NCBI GenBank assembly: GCA_036679605.1
Contig: JAZDCZ010000121.1
Location: 1 to 41,045, forward strand
Source of the DNA: Gemmatimonadota bacterium
Lineage (GTDB): Bacteria; Gemmatimonadota; Gemmatimonadetes; Gemmatimonadales; GWC2-71-9
Length of the DNA: 41,045 nucleotides
Reading direction: 5' to 3'
Under the pieces are notes generated by a model. That model searched no databases and was not told the origin of the DNA. It worked only from the letters and a program-made list of their open reading frames with translations. This document shows positions 36,565-41,045 of this stretch, in pieces. A program made the position numbers and the translations under genes. Position 1 is the stretch's first letter; each line of letters starts with the position of its first letter.

Positions 36565-38313
36565 TCACTTCGGATCGCCGGCAAACCTCCACGACGATTG
36601 GAAGTTGCGAGAAGGCGCTTCGCCCAATAGCCGCGCGCGCACCATCTCGATCGGCATGCGTCCTCCCCGAAGGATCGTGTCGTGGAATTCCTTGTTGCTC
36701 ATTTGCCCGGACCCCACCAAGGTCTGGTGCAGTGCTCGGATCTGCATCCCGCCCAACATGTAGCCCGCTTGATAGAGTGGTGGATAGGATCCATTGAACG
36801 ATCGGCGCACTTCGGCTGTGGCGTTGGCTCGTTCGTGACCCACACGATCGACCAGGAAGTCTATTGCCTCCTCGGGAGTCATGCGCTCCAAGTGAAAACT
36901 CAGTGAGAAGATGATTCGCGCAGCGCGATGCATGCGCCAGAACAACATGCCGACACGATCCTCCGGCGTGCGCGGAAAATCCAGATCCCACAGCAGCATC
37001 TCCCAGTAGAGGGCCCATCCCTCTCCCCAGAACGGCGTGCCGAACTGACGGCGGTGGGCATTGTACCGGCTAGTCATGAAGCCCTGCAAATGATGTCCGG
37101 GGATGAGTTCGTGGTGTACGGTGGCTCGGGAGAAGTGTGTGTTGTTGCCCCGCATGCTCATGAGTTTGTCTTCGTGAGCCATTCCGTCGGTGGGGAACGA
37201 CACCCGGATCACCTCACCGCCCAGGAAGAAGGGGCTCACCTTCTGAGCCTCCGGAGACAGCATTTCCATTCTCCAGATCTCCTCCGCCAACGGCGGGACG
37301 GTTACGAGATCCCGTTGCTTGACGAACTCGATCGCTTCGTACGCCAGGTCCCGCACAACGGCAGTTTGTTGTCCCGGTTCGACGTGAAGGTTCTTTACGT
37401 GTTCCAGCGCTGCTTTCCAGTCATCGCCGAACCCCAACTCGCGAGACGCCTTCAGCATCTGCTCGTCCAGCCACACAAACTCCTTCTCGGCTATGGCGAT
37501 CAATTCGGCCGGGGTGTATGGGATCATCTCATGCCGCAGATCGCTTCGCAGTCCATCGGCGCCGATCGGATCGCCGATGATCGGATCGTCCTGCCCGGTC
37601 TTGATTCCCACGACTCGCTCTCTCAGGAACTGGACGTACTCGTCCAGCGCCGCGTCGACCTTCTTGAACGGATCGGACGTCCACCAGGTGAACATGGGAT
37701 CGTAGCCTGCGTAGTACCGATGCCACTGGTTCATCCGCCGCTTCAGCCGGCTGAGCGCCCCGGCCGTTCGGAATGCCGTGACACGAGATGGCTCATCGGT
37801 CTGCCCGAGACTGTTTTCCACCGTCTTTTTGGCATCGGCGATCCTGTTGGGTAGTTGCGCCAAAATTGCGGCGGTGGCAGCCGGATCGGGGATCTCCATC
37901 CGCCGCCGCGCCTCTTGCAGATCGATCAGCGTCTGTACAAAGGGAACGAGCTGTTGCATCTCCTGGAACTGGGCCTCTTCCCGATCCAACGACTCCGTTT
38001 CGTATCGGAGTTCCGTGTCCAGAAGTACGTAGTCGATCCGTCCCTCGACACTGAGATCGTCGAAATCCAACGCATGTAGGCTCTGCTTCCAGTCGCGGTA
38101 AAACTCGCGGAAGCGTGCCCGGCGCTTGGGGGAATACTCGACATCCCACCGGCGTCCGAGTGCGGCCCGGTCGGCGGAGTAGCGTTGGATGACCGGTGCC
38201 AGCTCGCTCGTCTCAAGAGCAGTCAGCTCCGCCAGATCCGGAGCCTGCCCCGCCACAGTTTGCGGAAATGTCACCGCCACGCCGAAAACAAACGCCAACG
38301 ATATACCTCTCAT
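36565..38313 (-). CDS. DUF885 family secreted metallopeptidase-like protein
   Basis: GGAGG RBS, signal peptide, HHELIPGHHLQ, EGWALYWE and YQAGYMLG. Confidence 0.9.
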   Translation of the reverse strand: MRGISLAFVFGVAVTFPQTVAGQAPDLAELTALETSELAPVIQRYSADRAALGRRWDVEYSPKRRARFREFYRDWKQSLHALDFDDLSVEGRIDYVLLDTELRYETESLDREEAQFQEMQQLVPFVQTLIDLQEARRRMEIPDPAATAAILAQLPNRIADAKKTVENSLGQTDEPSRVTAFRTAGALSRLKRRMNQWHRYYAGYDPMFTWWTSDPFKKVDAALDEYVQFLRERVVGIKTGQDDPIIGDPIGADGLRSDLRHEMIPYTPAELIAIAEKEFVWLDEQMLKASRELGFGDDWKAALEHVKNLHVEPGQQTAVVRDLAYEAIEFVKQRDLVTVPPLAEEIWRMEMLSPEAQKVSPFFLGGEVIRVSFPTDGMAHEDKLMSMRGNNTHFSRATVHHELIPGHHLQGFMTSRYNAHRRQFGTPFWGEGWALYWEMLLWDLDFPRTPEDRVGMLFWRMHRAARIIFSLSFHLERMTPEEAIDFLVDRVGHERANATAEVRRSFNGSYPPLYQAGYMLGGMQIRALHQTLVGSGQMSNKEFHDTILRGGRMPIEMVRARLLGEAPSRNFQSSWRFAGDPK

Positions 38314-38446
38314 TATTGCCTCCCCATTTGCAAGCAGTCCCAAGGCCGACACGGGTGAAACCTAGCGCCGTTCTACGCGTACATCCTCCTAGAGCCGGGT
38401 GGGTGATCGCCGCCCGGCGAGTAGTGTCCTCAACTGTCGGGTGATT

Positions 38447-40876
38447 ATGAACTGGCTGCTTCAAGACTTCAAGTTCGCCCTCCGTTTCCTCCGCAAGCGG
38501 TGGGGTGTCACGAGCGTGGCCGTCCTGGTGCTGGGGCTCGGCATAAGTCTGACCGCTACTATGTACGCCATCATTCAAGGTGTGGTGTTGTCGGGACCGG
38601 ACTATCCCGATCTTCAGCGAATCATGTTTCTCCGCACAACCATTCCCCAGAGTCAGTTCGAGCAGTCGGTTCGGATCCACGACTATATCGACTGGAAGGA
38701 GCAGCAGACTGTCTTCAAGGAAATGGCGGCCTATTTCACAACATCGGCCAACCTATCAGGCGACGACGACCGGGCCCAGACCTATCGAGGAGTGCGCCTC
38801 ACAGCCAGCACCTTCAAGTTGGTGGGAAAGCAGGCCTTTCTCGGGCGGACGTTCACGCCCGATGAAGATTTTCTGGAGGGCGAGCAAGTAGTAATCCTGG
38901 GCCACCACGTATGGGAGCAGCGCTACGATTCAGATCCGGACATTATCGGCAAAACCATTAGAGTCAACGCGCGTTCCACCACGGTGGTGGGAGTAATGCC
39001 CAAGGATTTTCGTTTTCCCGAGAGTCATGATCTGTGGATGCCGCTGGGCACTGATCCAGCAACCCTCCAGCGCCGTGAGGGGCCGGGGCTCGCCGTTTTG
39101 GGACGTCTCGCTGATGGGGCTGCGCAGTCGGCAGCCGAAATCCAACTCACGGCTATCGGTCGGAGGCTCGAGGGGCAATATCCCGAGCTAAACAAGGACA
39201 TTGTTCCCACCCTCGAAACATGGGTCGATGCTCAGTTCGTAGACGACGACACCAAGGGGCTTCTCTATACGATGTTTGTCGCGGTGGTGGGTGTTCTCCT
39301 CATAGCCTGTGCAAACGTCGCCAATCTGCTGTTCGCACTCAGTATCGGCCGCTCCCGGGAACTGGCCGTTCGTACCGCACTCGGCGCGGCACGCTTTCGC
39401 GTTTTCCGACAGCTCTTGACCGAGACATTGGTGCTGGCGGTCGCAGGTGCCGGGCTTGGGTTAGTGCTCGCCAAGTTTTCGCTGGATCTGTTTACGCGCG
39501 TAGTTACTCCGCTCACCATCCCGCCATGGATGGCCTTCGAGTTGAGCCCGACGGTATTAGTCTTTATTCTCGGGATCACGTTCTTCGTCGCGTTGGTGTC
39601 AGGCATCCTTCCGGCAATCCACGCGACCAAGTCAGATGTCAACAGTATTCTACAGGATCAATCCCGCGGCAGTTCCAGTCGGAGCATCAGCAGGTGGTCC
39701 ACGAGTTTGGTCGCTCTGGAGGTCGCCCTCTCGTGCGCACTTCTCGTGGGTGCCGGTTTAACCATGCGAAGCACGCTTGAAGTCGGTAACGCCGATTACG
39801 GACTCGATCGCAGCAACATTCTGAGCGCGCGAATAGAGTTGCCTGGAGCCACGTATCCGGACTCCACGAGCCGCCAGGAGGTTACCGACCGGTTGCTACG
39901 AGAGTTGGAGACCATACCAGGGGCAAGTCAGGTTGCCGTTTCGTCGAACATGCCGGTTCTGGGAACCTCACTCCGCTGGTATGGCAGCAGTGACAATGAT
40001 TACGCCGATGACAGTGAATACCCGTTCGGGGCGTACACTCGTGTAACACCCTCATTCTTCGACGTCATTGGTGTAAGGATACTTACCGGCAGAGGTTTCA
40101 GTGCGACGGATGCCTTGGGCACGCGAGCGGTTGTCATAGTCGACGAACGATTTGTAGAGAAAAACTGGTCTGGCGAAGACGCCATCGGTAAGCAGGTCCG
40201 ACTCGGTCGATCGGCCTCGGAGAATCAGTGGCTCACAGTGGTGGGTGTGGTAAGTACGTTCGAGATGCTAGAGCCACTGCAATTTGCAGCTGCTCCGCCG
40301 GAAGGAATGTTTGTGCCCATAAGCCAAGCACCCGTGTCGGGGCTTTCCGTAATGTTGAAAATGAGCGGCGATCCGCTGGCCGGCGCGGCGCAGCTGCGTG
40401 AAATCGTCACGCGTGTGGACCCCGATATTCCCGTGAACCGGGTGAACACGCTGGACGAGCGCATCCGACAGGCGTCGCTCGACCTCGTGATCATCGGTGG
40501 GATGTTTGCAGTCTTTGGGGTTGTCGCACTCATCCTGGCCTCCATCGGCCTCTATGCGGTGATGGCGTTCTCCGTTAGCAGGCGGACTTCGGAGGTGGGC
40601 ATCCGCATGGCGTTGGGAGCAGACGGAGGCCGGATCATTAGCCTCATCCTGCGTCAGGGCGCCCGGCCGATCGTTGTTGGTCTGGCAGTGGGTCTCGGCT
40701 TGGCCTTCTTGCTAGGTAGGTCGCTTTCCACGTTTCTATTCAATGTGAGTGCCGTCGATCCGCTCACATTTGTTGGTATTCCGTTATTGCTGGCCGCCGT
40801 GAGTGTTGTGGCGTTACTGGTACCAGCGAAGAGGGCAGCGAAGGTGGCACCGGTGGTTGCGCTCAGGACGGATTGA
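38447..40876 (+). CDS. Duplicated MacB/FtsX-type orphan ABC permease (ADOP-like)
   Basis: QDFKFALRFL, LLIACANVANLL, RELAVRTALGA, EVGIRMALGA and PAKRAAKVAPVVALR. Confidence 0.93.
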   Translation: MNWLLQDFKFALRFLRKRWGVTSVAVLVLGLGISLTATMYAIIQGVVLSGPDYPDLQRIMFLRTTIPQSQFEQSVRIHDYIDWKEQQTVFKEMAAYFTTSANLSGDDDRAQTYRGVRLTASTFKLVGKQAFLGRTFTPDEDFLEGEQVVILGHHVWEQRYDSDPDIIGKTIRVNARSTTVVGVMPKDFRFPESHDLWMPLGTDPATLQRREGPGLAVLGRLADGAAQSAAEIQLTAIGRRLEGQYPELNKDIVPTLETWVDAQFVDDDTKGLLYTMFVAVVGVLLIACANVANLLFALSIGRSRELAVRTALGAARFRVFRQLLTETLVLAVAGAGLGLVLAKFSLDLFTRVVTPLTIPPWMAFELSPTVLVFILGITFFVALVSGILPAIHATKSDVNSILQDQSRGSSSRSISRWSTSLVALEVALSCALLVGAGLTMRSTLEVGNADYGLDRSNILSARIELPGATYPDSTSRQEVTDRLLRELETIPGASQVAVSSNMPVLGTSLRWYGSSDNDYADDSEYPFGAYTRVTPSFFDVIGVRILTGRGFSATDALGTRAVVIVDERFVEKNWSGEDAIGKQVRLGRSASENQWLTVVGVVSTFEMLEPLQFAAAPPEGMFVPISQAPVSGLSVMLKMSGDPLAGAAQLREIVTRVDPDIPVNRVNTLDERIRQASLDLVIIGGMFAVFGVVALILASIGLYAVMAFSVSRRTSEVGIRMALGADGGRIISLILRQGARPIVVGLAVGLGLAFLLGRSLSTFLFNVSAVDPLTFVGIPLLLAAVSVVALLVPAKRAAKVAPVVALRTD

Positions 40877-41045
40877 GGGTCCCCGGGTCCAAGCCATGGT
40901 TATTCCCAACCAGACGGACGACGAGTAAACTCGCCGCTCGGGTGCGCCTGTGAGCGTGTTTGGTCGGAGAGGTGGGAGTCCTCTCCAGGCATGCACACTC
41001 CGGCCTGTAATCAACAGTAACTGCGTCCTTGTGAAAGGGGGTGGG

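Overview
About 41 kb of GC-rich bacterial chromosome. The gene repertoire suggests Gemmatimonadota (inferred): Hanks kinase-TPR/TolB fusions, duplicated orphan ABC permease, VPS10/BNR protein, tricorn protease, M16 pair and DUF885. It is an accessory hotspot in which secreted and peptide-processing genes are interleaved with toxin-antitoxin-like cargo (mobile mystery protein A, Phd-VapC, DUF6036 nucleotidyltransferase pair, NYN RNase, DinJ-YafQ) and gene remnants. No integrase, transposase, tRNA, rRNA or CRISPR array was seen. Highlights: (1) a selenoprotein split by the ORF track, a peroxiredoxin-like UxxC protein at 35908-36552 with a SECIS-like hairpin; (2) a NYN gene facing a consensus antisense promoter that predicts a ~60-nt structured RNA; (3) three small cassettes bounded by diverged direct repeats, two of which duplicate the 3' end of the upstream gene; (4) a four-copy ~50-70 bp palindromic repeat family delimiting gene blocks at 9.3-13.8 kb; (5) a Tat-exported alpha-hydroxy-acid oxidase lipoprotein with an inserted CXXCH motif. 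All family calls come from motif recognition, not database searches.
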